A stretch of DNA of 64,000 nucleotides from Octopus bimaculoides (lineage: Eukaryota), in contig NC_068990.1 of assembly GCF_001194135.2 (NCBI RefSeq), forward strand, positions 89,186,260-89,250,259. Reading direction: 5' to 3'. Both the position numbers and the translations under genes were made by a program. Below, in pieces: positions 38,880 through 51,400 of the stretch (the first letter of the stretch is position 1; each line of letters opens with the position of its first letter). A model generated the notes under the pieces. The model made no database searches, was not told the DNA's origin, and worked only from the letters and a program-made list of their open reading frames with translations.

Positions 38880-41400
38880 GGTCTAGTGTAGTAGTATTGA
38901 ATTCCAAACCCTGTAGCTGTGAATTGAACCACACAGCTATGCTTATGCCTAAGAATATGATTTTTAAGAATATTTGGTGGCTAAATCTAATACATTGAAC
39001 AAATTGAATTATGATGTAGTGGCTACCTCATTGAAATCGCAAGTGAAGTGCCTATATATCAAAATTACTTTTGCTGGTGAACTCTGCCATGATAGAGTTC
39101 CTAGAAATTCCACTGTCTAGAACAATCCTTTAAGAGCAAAAGTGTTTGGTTTTATCAAGTTTCAAGTACTCTGTAGACAGTTGAGATATTTCAGTTATGC
39201 ACTATATTGCTTCTGGTCAGCAGACCAATAACTGTTTAACTAAGTTTCTGAAATGAGTTGTTATTAATAAAATTATTATTGTTCTGATTATTAAATCTTC
39301 TTTAGAGATGAAATACTTTTTTTTCCTATTTACATTTACTCCATGCACAACACTGCCATTGGCTTAATATGGCTGCCTTTACTGAAAGGCAAAGACAGCC
39401 ATATTGAAGAGCTTATATTTACAATATGTATTTCACAGGAAACGTTCTCTTATCAAGGGCAGGAAATAATCAGCTACATTGAATGCTATGCTCATGCTAT
39501 GGGGAGGGAAGTTTTAAACTAGATGATGTCTTTTCTTAGTTCTGCTGTTTTGTTGGGGTTGGCTCCACGTGTTCTAATTCTTCTTTGGTGCAACTTCTTA
39601 TAAATGAGTCACTGTAGTGGAGTGTGGCCCAATTGAATATGTCCCTGCTGGGGGAAAGGGTGGATATGTTTCTACTTATATTACCTTGCAAGATTTTTTT
39701 AATGATTGTAGAGGGTGATGGCTGGAGTTTTTCTTTATATAAACTGTCTTTATTTGGTTTTCTGTAGTTGTGCTTACCTGTGGTAAGATCTAATGTCATG
39801 GATAAAACATTGATGATTAGTGTAGAGAACTATTTTAAAATCAAATTTCTCAACTATGTCACTTACATCATTCCAAAATTTGTCAATGCTACAACCAATT
39901 TTGTGGAGGGAGACTATTAACTTGTACACTCTATATTATCATATATTGGGTGGGGGCTTATTCTTTCCTTAATGGAGAAGGACAACTAGTTTGTATACTT
40001 TAAATCTACTCAAAGTTCTTTGTTTTGCCTTTTATCTCTGAAAGAGTCATAGACACATCAAAAGGTTCCTTGATTTGTTTTTTAACTCCAAAATAATCCT
40101 CATAAGGCAAGAGTAACTGCCTGCTAATCATTACATGAGTGTCAGTCTTGTTAATAATGATAATAAAGCTTTTAAAGAATTCTAAGACATTTTTGGAGAA
40201 GCAATTTAGAAATGTATCTGTGTATGTAAGAGTTCTTGCTTGATGACGGATGCATCATGGCGCACAGAGCTGATCAGGTCCACCACTGCAGTCTAGTTTC
40301 TTCTGGTCAGTGTTATAATGAGTTGAGGGTTCTTCTAAATAGGTTGTTGGTCCTCCACAGAATAGGGGCTACCATCTTAGTTAGTCCTCCACAGAATAGG
40401 GGCTGCGATGAGCTGACATACCACAGATCACCATTAGTCTGGAACCTCCCCAGGAGACTGGCCCACCTAGGGTGGCCATACCAGGAGTGAAGCTCCAGGT
40501 AGTAATGCTCTTTCAAGTCTATGGAACATATCTGATGGACATGCTATGCTGATTGAAAAGGCTCTGAGGGCGTTTGGTGTGGTCCCTAAATCTACAGTGT
40601 TTTTGTTTTCTATGTTGGTGAACTACTTAATTATGGCATTGCACTGTCCCCTTTTAATAATTCTCTGGTGTTTTTAATTTTTAGGCTAATGGAATTAAAG
40701 ATATATTTCCTCAATGCCTTGTGTTTTTTTTTTGTTTTTTTTTTATGGGCTGCAGTTGTTAATTTATATTTGGGATTGGACACAAAGGCATCTTTCTAGA
40801 TCCTCTAATTCTTTCAAAAGCAGCATTCCTGAATCTGTTGCCTTTATTAAAGTGAAGAAATTTGAATTCAAATCTTGAGCTGAAATATTATAACATGAAT
40901 ATAACATTTCAACTTTCTACTTATCAAATTAGTTCTTTCCATAAGCCTCTCCTAATTCTTAATTATTCTAACAATTAATACACAGAACCTGAATGTATTC
41001 GTGTTGCAAATCTGGTCATAAAAGGTTTACAGTAATATGTAGCTTGTACATGACAAGGCAATCCAGCTTGTCATCTATTTCTAATTTTAGGCTAATGAAT
41101 TTGCTTCAAAGTTGATTATATTATCCTTTTGTAAATTTAAGTAATGTTGCCTGACATGAGTTTGGAGTGTGTTGTGCTATCAGCACTATTCAGATTATTT
41201 TTTTGCTGTTGTTTTTCTGGTAATCATGTGAATGTTGCAGGTGTCTCTGATGGATATGATGTGCTTACTAAGAAGGCTCTAAATCTTAAATATTTTATCA
41301 GGTTCATTAGGCTGGTCTTAAAGTTTTCAAGATCTTCTACCTTTAGGGTTCTGAATCTAAACTTATTACCTGCAGGTGTATTGGTGATAGTTTTCCAAAA
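38880..41400 (-). mobile_element. Decayed near full-length Penelope-like element, Naiad/Chlamys type (RT plus C-terminal GIY-YIG)
   Basis: Ordered relics: NKFRFRT...EDLENF...LIKYLRFR; KDAFVSNPKYKL; IK*FTNIENK; GVKK...FDVSM; KLVVLL...IYDN; TLDLTTGKH..YRKPN...ISRNISTLS; PHS.S..NV..FL.LI; YIGTS...R...HH.S. Confidence 0.75.
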
Positions 41401-41469
41401 TAGGTGTGTGTATGTATATATACACACACATACATACACACACACATGCACGCATGCACGCACACAAAT

Positions 41470-41665
41470 TTTGGCACAAGGCCAGTAATTTCAGGGGAGG
41501 TGGCAAGTCAATTACATTGACCCCAGTGATGAACTGGTACATATTTTATCGACCCCAAAAAGATGAAAGGCAAAATTGATCTCAGTGGAATGTGAACTCA
41601 GAAACGTAAAGACAGACGAAATGCCACTAAGCATTCCATCTGGTATGCTAATGATTCTGTCAGCT
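41470..41665 (-). mobile_element. tRNA-type SINE (family B)
   Basis: Reverse complement of ctggcagaatcattagc...ttctgagttc...gcctttcatc...ggggtcgataaa...ccttgtgcc. Confidence 0.8.
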
Positions 41666-42169
41666 TGCTGCTTTTATATATATATATATATATGTTGATA
41701 TACATATATACCTATAGATGGAACGTCTCTGATACCTCTTTACTTATATCTTCAAATAACTGTTGAAGCTGTTAGTTATGGTTCAATATCCGACATGACT
41801 CCCATCTCTTTCTCACATGGATACCAATATGACTCTCCTAGATCTAATTTTTTCTGCTCTTTTCCTTTTGTATATACATATATGGATCATCAGTGAATCA
41901 TATATCTGTTAAAGAAGCACCCTCTAAATCAGGAGCAGTAAAGTATTTATAAGAAGTTAATGATATGGCTGACAAGCTGTCTATAAGGCTAAGTGCTTTA
42001 CAGATGCAAAACCATTGGTCACTCTATGACCGGCCGTATAATTAACTTCCTATAAATGTTAAGAGCATAATAGGAAGTTCCTGCGGAACAACTCACTGAG
42101 GGCTCCAGACCAAATCTGTGGCTGGTGCAAAGCCATAACCAGAGCTTTTATCTCTGTTGACAACCTTCA

Positions 42170-42902
42170 AGTAAGGAAGGTTTAAAAAGACATGGGATGA
42201 ACTGGTGAAGACCAATCTCACGTTTCTGAGCCTCACAAAGGTGGTTATATATGATCACAACAATTGGTAATATGCTGTAATAGGACCCCCCCCCACTTTC
42301 TGGGTCAGGTGGAGATGCTGCAATCACCTGAAGATCCTTCTTTGCATCTCTCTCACTGTTCTTTTTACAGTGCTTCCCTAACCAAGAATGCTTTCATCCT
42401 CTGCTCTCTCTCTCTCTCTCTCTCTCTCTATTTCTCTCTCTCTCTCTTTATTTCTCTNNNNNNNNNNNNNNNNNNNNNNNNNNNNNNNNNNNNNNNNNNN
42501 NNNNNNNNNNNNNNNNNNNNNNNNNNNNNNNNNNNNNNNNNNNNNNNNNNNNNNNNNNNNNNNNNNNNNNNNNNNNNNNNNNNNNNNNNNNNNNNNNNNN
42601 NNNNNNNNNNNNNNNNNNNNNNNNNNNNNNNNNNNNNNNNNNNNNNNNNNNNNNNNNNNNNNNNNNNNNNNNNNNNNNNNNNNNNNNNNNNNNNNNNNNN
42701 NNNNNNNNNNNNNNNNNNNNNNNNNNNNNNNNNNNNNNNNNNNNNNNNNNNNNNNNNNNNNNNNNNNNNNNNNNNNNNNNNNNNNNNNNNNNNNNNNNNN
42801 NNNNNNNNNNNNNNNNNNNNNNNNNNNNNNNNNNNNNNNNNNNNNNNNNNNNNNNNNNNNNNNNNNNNNNNNNNNNNNNNNNNNNNNNNNNNNNNNNNNN
42901 NN

Positions 42903-42938
<36 letters not shown>

Positions 42939-43690
42939 CTTCTATGGCTCTCCATAGTAGCCTATGTAATTCTCCTCCTCCCTCCAGCCTATCTTTATCT
43001 CATTATTCTTGTTGCATCCACCCTCTACTCCCCATCTCTATGGTACCCTCTAGCCTCCCTTTCTCTTCCTTTGCATTCACCCATTGCTCCACCCCTATTT
43101 CTCTTTCTCTCATCATCTTCTCTCCACAGTCTCCCTGCTTGGGATACTTTCTCTGCATTCATATCCTACATTTTTCTTCTCCACCTCTATGATACATTCC
43201 ACTTCTCTTTCTCTCCCTACCTCTCTGATATCCTTGAACTTCTCTCTCTCGCTGTTGGGGATGCTTTCTCTCTGCACCCATACTCTGCTCTCCCGTCCAC
43301 CTCTATCATATCCTCCAGCCTCTCTTTCTATCACTGCTCTCACCCATCACTCCTCCCTCTCTCTTTCCCCCTCACTGCATTCTCCCCACAGCTTCTCTTC
43401 CACTTCAGCACCCTCTCATCTCCTTCTTTGTTGACATCCCTTTCCCTTATACTTTTTACCTATACTCACCTTTATAACATGGAAGATCACAGGATCCTCC
43501 CAACACCCCCCTCATTACCTTTATCTTACTACTCTGTCCCTCCTTTTTTTACTAACCCCTGGCACTGATCCCTTCCTCCTTTCTTATGTCCCTTATATAC
43601 TCTCTCCACTTATAGTGTATACTCCGTTATTATCTCCTCTACCAAACTTTCACAACTATAAATCTGTTCCTTTTACTATACTTTGGTATG
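42170..43690 (+). mobile_element. RTE LINE ORF2 end plus long pyrimidine-rich 3' UTR (contains a gap)
   Basis: GRFKKTWDELVKTNLTFLSLTK...W*YAV followed by a C/T-rich tract. Confidence 0.65.
42458..42902. other. Assembly gap
   Basis: N run inside (CT)n. Confidence 0.99.
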
Positions 43691-43854
43691 ATGAGAGTAG
43701 GCTAAAGTGGTCTGAAGTAGCCTAAAGTAGCCTTAAGTAGTTTGGAACAATGTGATGAGAAGTGCCTTGCTCAAGGGTGCAATGTACCATCTGTCACTTG
43801 TAATCAAGGATGTCTTAGTTGCACATGAGACATAGCAGATAGTGTGTGTGTGTG

Positions 43855-43897
<43 letters not shown>

Positions 43898-44265
43898 NNN
43901 NNNNNNNNNNNNNNNNNNNNNNNNNNNNNNNNNNNNNNNNNNNNNNNNNNNNNNNNNNNNNNNNNNNNNNNNNNNNNNNNNNNNNNNNNNNNNNNNNNNN
44001 NNNNNNNNNNNNNNNNNNNNNNNNNNNNNNNNNNNNNNNNNNNNNNNNNNNNNNNNNNNNNNNNNNNNNNNNNNNNNNNNNNNNNNNNNNNNNNNNNNNN
44101 NNNNNNNNNNNNNNNNNNNNNNNNNNNNNNNNNNNNNNNNNNNNNNNNNNNNNNNNNNNNNNNNNNNNNNNNNNNNNNNNNNNNNNNNNNNNNNNNNNNN
44201 NNNNNNNNNNNNNNNNNNNNNNNNNNNNNNNNNNNNNNNNNNNNNNNNNNNNNNNNNNNNNNNNN
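43898..44265. other. Assembly gap
   Basis: N run inside (TA)n. Confidence 0.99.
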
Positions 44266-44299
<34 letters not shown>

Positions 44300-44301
<2 letters not shown>

Positions 44302-45170
44302 GAAATTGAAGGTCCATTACCTTAAGAGCAGAAGATATGGCACAGAAAGAGAAGAGAAACTAAAGTGTAATTATTAATAGAAAACAATATTACAGGATTA
44401 TAGATAGTGATATAGAAACCTTGAAATAGCTTTGGTTGATTACAACCTGTGATATGATTCGTCATTTCTGGATTTTAGAATATTTAGACACGATAGAAAT
44501 AGAAGAAAATATTAGATAGTATCAGATAAAGTAAGAATTTGTGGAATGGGAAACAAAAATAACTTATTCATTATTTAAGAAGTATTAACATCGATGATGG
44601 AATATTTTAGGGTGATTGCAAGTCCCTTTTGCATTTTTTTATTTTTATTCTATTTGATAAAAATGATACCATTAATATTAGTACTATGAACAATAAAGAA
44701 TGGATAGAAGCATGCAACATAAAATGAACCATGTGTTTATGGATGATTTGAAGCTGTTTACAAAGAAGGGAGATCAAATAGATTCCTGAGTGCAAACAGT
44801 CCATGATTTTAGTAGAAGATATTGGAATGGAATTAAAAAATGTGGAGTTTTAATAATGAAACAAAGGAAGGCAGTAGAACATAACAGAATAGGTTATGGT
44901 TACTAAGTAATGAAGTTATAAAAGAGATAAGCAAAGAGGACTATAAATACTTGGACAGAATAGAGTTAGATAAGAGAAAAGGAAGCCAGCAGGAAGGAAT
45001 TAACTGACAGAATGTTTCAGTGGGTGAGAAGTGGAGATTAAATTTAAGCTGAGACAGGAAAATAAATTTCTGGTCATTAACATATGGGTCATATCAAAAT
45101 ACTGTTTTTAAGGTATAAGGAATCCTAGAGGAGATTAGAGATGTGATTAACTGAGATAAGAAAATTTTTT
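44300..45170 (+). mobile_element. R4/Dong-clade LINE reverse transcriptase relic
   Basis: ALVDY...DMI.H.WILE; GIF*GD.KSP; NHVFMDDLKLF...QIDS*VQTVHDFS.DIGME.IKKCGVLIMK; YKYL. Confidence 0.8.
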
Positions 45171-45239
45171 TTTAAAAACCTAAAAAAAACAAACAAATAA
45201 GCAAACACAACAATAATGACCTTACAAGGAGAATTGTAT

Positions 45240-46090
45240 TTCCCAAAATGAGATTAGCAAGAACCTTCTGCAGGATTGCAGGGAGTAGGGATGGCAATCA
45301 TGGCTTTTCCCAATCGAGGTTGGCTGAAGGGGATTCCCTGCCTGGTCAGTATGGAGGAAACTTACAGCCATTAGGAGAGGAAATGAGTGAAGGGTGGCTT
45401 TGTGCAGGATGGGAGAAGCAGCAGAAAAAGCCTCCTGCTAGTTATGGAGTAAGAGAGAGAGGTTAAGCTGGAAGCCAGGAGGAGATGATAAGCAGGAATT
45501 TGGCTGCTTCTACTGAGCCACCAACAGGAGGGTGTTACGGTTCAGAGTGAAAACACCCAACCGATCGTTGATGACATCAATTCCTTCTGGTCAATGCTCC
45601 CATTCACTTTGGTGAATAGAAAAGAAGCACCTTCTTCTAGGTGTTGGCAATAACATATCTTGTATAAAAAGAGGAAGAAGATAACTGGTTGAGAAAAATG
45701 TAAACAAGATGGGAGAAGGTTTTTTTTTTTTTTTTTTTTGAGAAGGGTTGGGGTTAACAGCTTGATTAGAGGGGAGAGTAGTACTCATAATCTTTTTCAG
45801 GGCTTATGTGACTGATGGGAGAAAGGGTTGAAGTTAGTGTCAAACCAGGGCCCTGAACTGAACACTTTTAACAGAGTGAATTCTGCTAAAAGCACCCAAT
45901 GACAGATGGTGGTATTAAACATGGTGGCATGTTAGGGTTAGTCATGTAGGAAATAATGTAGAATCTCAATTGGAAGAGGTGAGGTTGGTTGGAATATAGA
46001 TAAGACTAAAGGGTGTGTAAGGCCTGAAGAATTCGAGAAAAATGCCTTGAGAATAGAGAAGAAGAATTAAGAAACAGAAGAAAATACATA
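45240..46090 (-). mobile_element. Possible heavily decayed APE-type LINE fragment
   Basis: Strand-skewed composition and only weak motifs (LIYIP...SLGAFS, resembling YRxP...LGDFN). Confidence 0.3.
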
Positions 46091-46279
46091 GAAAATTGTT
46101 TAGGTAGATGGATGAAAGATTCAATATGGTTAAACAAGGTTTGGTATGGTTAGAGAATCAAACATAAAGTCTGAGAATGGATTTTATAGAACAGGAATAA
46201 ACTCTGAAAATAAACTAAATCATTTTAGATATAATACATTTCTAAATCTCTCATAGAGAGTTATGCAGTAGTGATACAA

Positions 46280-46665
46280 TGAAGTAGTTGTATGCTGTCA
46301 ACTTAATGTGACAGTCCCCTGAAGGGAATAATACTACTGTTGGTTAGACCTAGGAAGCTGCACCACTTCCTGTTGGCCTTGACACATTTCCTGTGTCCTT
46401 ATGTTTACAAGGGAGAGACAAGCACCTCCATTTAGCTAAGCCTGCATCCAGAGACATGTTTCTGATGAAGAGAAAAGATTCAGAAACATGTCTCTGGATG
46501 CAGGCTTAGCTAAATGGAGGTGCTTGTCTCCCCCTTGTAAATATAAGGACACAGGAAATGTGTCAAGGCCGACAGGAAGCGGTGCAGCTTCCTAGGTCTA
46601 ACCAACAGTAGTATTATTCCCTTCATAGGACTGTCACATTAAGTTGACAGCATACAACTACTTCA
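46280..46665. repeat. Long hairpin: 186-bp inverted arms with a 14-nt loop
   Basis: Arms 46280-46465 and 46480-46665 show 6 mismatches by manual alignment. Confidence 0.97.
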
Positions 46666-47347
46666 AACTAAATCATGTTCCATAGAGATACGACCATCGA
46701 ATTTCCATTGTGGAAATGTGTAGCAAAATGAGCCAACAAGGTAGTCCGTATGGGGTCACTCATCCTGCTAGAAATAGTAGGTCATTGTTTGTAAAGGCTT
46801 CTTCATTGGCTTATTGCTATTGATAATGATGGTGTTGGATGACAGTGATGATGATGATGGTGATTATTGTTGTAGAGGTTTCTTCATTGGCTTGTTGCTG
46901 TTGGGGATTGTGGTGGTGGTGGCAGCGGTAGCAGTGGTGGTGGCAGCGGTAGCGGTGGCGGTGTTAGTCATGGCAATGTAGCAGTGGTGGGGATTGTGGC
47001 TATTGTTTAGATTCATGTCAACCCTGGTTGAGCAGAAGTATGATCAAAGTCATTTCAGTTATGACTTCTTCATCATTTCTGCAGACACAGTGTACCTAGG
47101 ACTACATTATCCAATGTGTTCTCCCTTTTTCAAAACAGTAGGCTAGAAGTTGAGATTTGGTGGCTATTTCTAGCAGATCAAATGACCACACAATCTTCTT
47201 TCTTGTAATTTATGATTATTATATTATTGTTGTTGGATTTCAGATCCCATCTCATTGAACATACCTATGAATAAAAGCCTTCCAGCCATGACTGTTCCTT
47301 TTACTTTTACATACAAGGACTACATACATTTGCCAATATTTATTCCC

Positions 47348-47570
47348 GGCAAACTGGCAGAATCATTAGCACGCCGGGCGAAGTGCTTAGCAGTATTTTG
47401 TCTGCCGTTACATTCTGAGTTCAAATTCCGCCAAGGTCAACTTTGTCTTTCATCCTTTCGGGGTCGATTAAATAAGTACCAGTTATGCCCTGGAGTCGAT
47501 GTAATCAACTTAATCCCTTTGTCTGTCCTTGTTTGTCCTCTATGTTTAGCCCCCTCTGGGCAATAAAGAA
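47348..47570 (+). mobile_element. tRNA-type SINE (family B), near full length
   Basis: ggcaaactggcagaatcattagcacgccgggcgaagtgcttagc...gagttcaaattccgcc...ggggtcgattaaataagtaccag. Confidence 0.85.
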
Positions 47571-47979
47571 ATAATTATCTATTCCCTTTTAGTAGGTTGT
47601 AATTGGAGAGAATTTGGTTGTTATTTCTAGCAGGCAAAAACGATCATATAGAGTCTCCTTTATTGGTTCAAGGTAAAGGCATGGTAATTTGTGATGGTGA
47701 AACAAGCAAGTTCACAACTAGTAAAACCTGAAATTCTCACTATCTCTTCAGGTAGTCTGTTAAAAATGTCTCGTTAATAAGTCACACAGCTGTCACAAAC
47801 CAGTTCAGGTCAGAATATTTGTTATCTAGATAAAGGATTTTTTTTTAAAATAAAACTCTCTGACTAAAATCCATTCACCCTTATATAGTTATATTTCTAC
47901 CAAGTATCAAGTAATGTAATGACAGAAATGGTAAGCTGTTCACACTTAGTGTCTTTGGTTACATCCATTTATAGGCACA

Positions 47980-48422
47980 GGCATGGCTGTGTGGTAAGAA
48001 GTTTGCTTCTCAACCACATGGTTTCAAGTTCTGTCCCATTGTGTGACACCTTGAGTAAGTGTCTTCTTTTAGAGCTACAAACCAACCAAAGCCTTGCGAT
48101 TGGATTTCATGGACAGAAACTGAAAGAATTCTGCCATATATGCATATAAATATGTGTATGTGTGTGTGTGTGTGTGTGTGTGTTAGTGTCTCTTTGTGAA
48201 GACATCATGTGATAGTTGTAAATGAGTGTTACCATCACACACATGGTGTCCTTCATTTCTATTCTTCCATAGAAAACATGTCTGACCACGGGGAAATATT
48301 ACCTTACTTGGAAACAAGTAAGGGTCGGTGACAGAAAGGGCATCCAATCAAAGAAATCCTGCCTCAGTGAATTCTCTCCAATCCATGTAAGCATAGAAAA
48401 GTGGATGTTGAGTGATGATGAT
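47980..48422 (+). mobile_element. Family D SINE carrying an RTE-type (family A) tail
   Basis: Family D head and core, then gaaagggcatcc...atccatgtaagcatagaaaagtggatgtt..gatgatgat. Confidence 0.75.
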
Positions 48423-51400
48423 TTATGTTCTAAGCTTAAAACCTGCTTTTTTTCATGGTCCGATCAGAGGTAGAATAGAACCCATAACTCTTTTATGCAA
48501 GCATAAAAAAGTGGATGTCAAAACAATTTTAACAATTGTGATGGTAGTGGTGGGGGTGATGAGGATGTTGTGTAGTCCTGGTCGGCACCATTTGACCAGG
48601 TGTATGGCATATAGTCACTTGAATGACTAAGTGCTATTCATAGAACTAGTCTTCCAGATTTACTGTGATTCTCTACCTACTTAACTACCTCTGCTGTATA
48701 GTGGTGTATGATATGAAGTGCAACATAACAGGCTAAACAAACTGTATTTTCTCCATTGGATTCCACCCACTTGTTTCCAAGTGAGACAATGATATCCCAG
48801 TCTACCAAACAACAAACAGTTTGGACATGTTTACTGGGAGAACTGGAAGCAAACAACACCATAAGAATAAAGCTTTTTGTAGATAAAGATCATACAACAT
48901 GTTAAAACATGTCAGAAAGCCAGGACATGCTTTCATGGTGGAATGCAAGCAAATCACTGAAGCCATTGTTTAAAATCAGCAAATGAACACATGTAGGCAA
49001 GAAAATATGAACTCACACACATGTGCACACACACAAGTGGTTGCTTTCAGTTTCCATTTACCAAGTCCATTCACAAGTCTTTGGTCAGCCTATGGCTATA
49101 GTAGAAAATATTTGCCCAAGGTGCCATGCGGTAGGACTGAACCTGAAACCATATAGTTGGGAAATAAACTTCTTAGGCACACAGCCATGCCTTTTCTTTT
49201 ACAAGTGTCACAAGTTTCATGCAATCATTTTGTGCCAGTCTGTTTGCTTCAAAAAGATTCTTCTTCAAATAATGACTTTTATTAAGAAGTGTTTTGTCAT
49301 GTCTTCATGTTAGCTTCATGGAACAAGAATGGTTCAGCTCCAGACTACCAATCATTGAGAAGAATTACCTGGAGACACCATCTGCAATAAACATAATAAC
49401 TGAATAAATGTTATCATGTATAATGTAGTAAGCAACAACAAAAGAAAAGTCAATTAAAAACCTAACCTAAGCTTTAGAAGCTATTAAATGTCAGTATTTA
49501 ATTAACTCTGGTTTCATTACACAAGGTGAACGGCAGTTCTTCTCCTGAATAGAACAGCAATCTAGTGCAGATAACATTCCTATATGATTTGGCAGTACCC
49601 ATTCTCCCAAATAGCTAGGATGAACTATGGCAATGTAGGCTCAAACCACAACAAAGCAATTTTCTCAACCAGAGTTTAACTAACAACAACAACAACAAAA
49701 ATTATCAACAGTGGATCTGCTTTGAACCTCTTGCCCAGGGCTTGGTAGTTCAATACCCTGGCCACTTGGCCACTTTGTCTGTACACATCACAACCGGTTT
49801 TCTCAAATTCTAGTGTTTATTCTTTTGTGTGAAAAAAACCGTATAAAGTTGAGTCTGTTTGTATAACGAGAGAAGGAAAATCTGGCATTTCAAGTAATGT
49901 CCAAGTAGACGATTACAGTTCCTCTTGAATTTTGATTTTTATCTGTTCCATGCCAAAGCATAAATTGAGATATCTTGATGTGTCATGGGGAAAAGGAATG
50001 TCTAACATTTTTGCAGCAGTGCCAAAGAAGCAAATCACTAGTCTTCTTGAATTCTTAGTATTTATGCTTTTTTTTTTTTTTTTTTTAAATACCTGAACAA
50101 AGGTAACTTGGTGTTTTGTAAAGAATAGAAAAATCTTAAATATTATGCAAGGTCAAAGCAGACAACCATTAAACTCTTTGAAATAGCAATTTTAACCTTT
50201 CTGTAAAATACTATAAAGGGAAATATACTGATGTAGGTTTAGGAGTAAGAGAATTTAGTATATCAAGTAAGGTCTGGGGTGGTGGACAGGCAGCATGTTG
50301 TTGTTGTCATTGTTGTCAGCAGTTGGTGGCAGCAGCTGTGGCGTTGGTGTCGTCATCATCATCATCATTTAATGTCCGTTTTCCTTGCTGGCGTGAGCTG
50401 GATGATTTGATAAGAGCTGGCAAGCCAGAGGACTTTGCTAAGCTCTTCTGTCTGTTTTGACATGGTTTCTGTGACTGGGTTCCCTTCTTAAGGCCAACCA
50501 CTTTACAGAGTGTTATGAATGACCAGTAATTCCTGGCTCAAAGAAACCAATTTCCAGTCATAGTCCAAAACAGTAAAGTGTCATAATAGTGCTATCCACA
50601 ATATTCCCAATTAAACGTATATTATTCAAAATGGCCACTCTCTCTTTGATCATCAAATGTGCATGCCCTTTATGTCAAGGGAAATCACTGAAATCATAGC
50701 ACAATTTGCATAACACAGAGTGTACCAGAGTCTTTGTTCATGGCACCAGCACTGACAGGGTCACCAAGTAACTTGCAAGACAAATTTCCCTCGACTGTGG
50801 GGAGTAGTACTAAAGGAAGTGGTTTTTGTGCTAGTTGATGAGAGGTTAAAAGAATAATAGAGGGATAGAGGTAGGTGTCTTGCTGTAGAAGAGATACAAG
50901 GATACCCCAGTTGGAGAAGAAGGGAGACAAAGAGAGACTTAAGAAAGATAGAGATCGAGAGAGTGAGAGGGATGGTGGTGGATATGTGTCAGGACATACC
51001 AGTGAGGTATTTAGTAACAAGTCTTTGTGTGCTCTGAGTTCAAATTCTGCCAATGTCAGCTTTATATTTTATCCTTCTAGGGTCAATAAAATGAATACAA
51101 ATCATATAATAGGGTCCTTATATTCAAATAGACCTTCTCCCAAAACTTGTGACTTTGTGCTTATGTTAGAAATCAATAGATGGAGCAGAGCCAAAGTAGA
51201 CATTAAATAGTCTTCATGAATTTTAAATGACATTCCTTTGTCATTTTGGTCAAGTCATATTAATCATTAGAAATACACATACATTGTTATATTCACTTTT
51301 ATTTTTATTGTTATTTTGTTGTAGTAATAATAGTATAAATTATTAAATAACCTTTCCTTTTTATTTCCTTTAGACTTTCAGATTTTACATTAATAATACA

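Noticed and set aside
28104-44377. Long ORFs in the track (for example 42264-43568, 33290-33937, 28129-28707, 43733-44317)
   Set aside because: They are open only because of N gaps, microsatellites or pyrimidine-rich UTRs.
46455-46495. Hammerhead at the hairpin apex (CTGATGA...GAAAC-AT-GTC)
   Set aside because: GAAAC is simply the palindromic mirror of gtttc, stem II is weak and stem I cannot form; not called as a ribozyme.
48677-48862. STAM exon 2 (DWDII motif)
   Set aside because: It lies upstream of exon 1 in transcription order and lacks the EKAT and DICD motifs.
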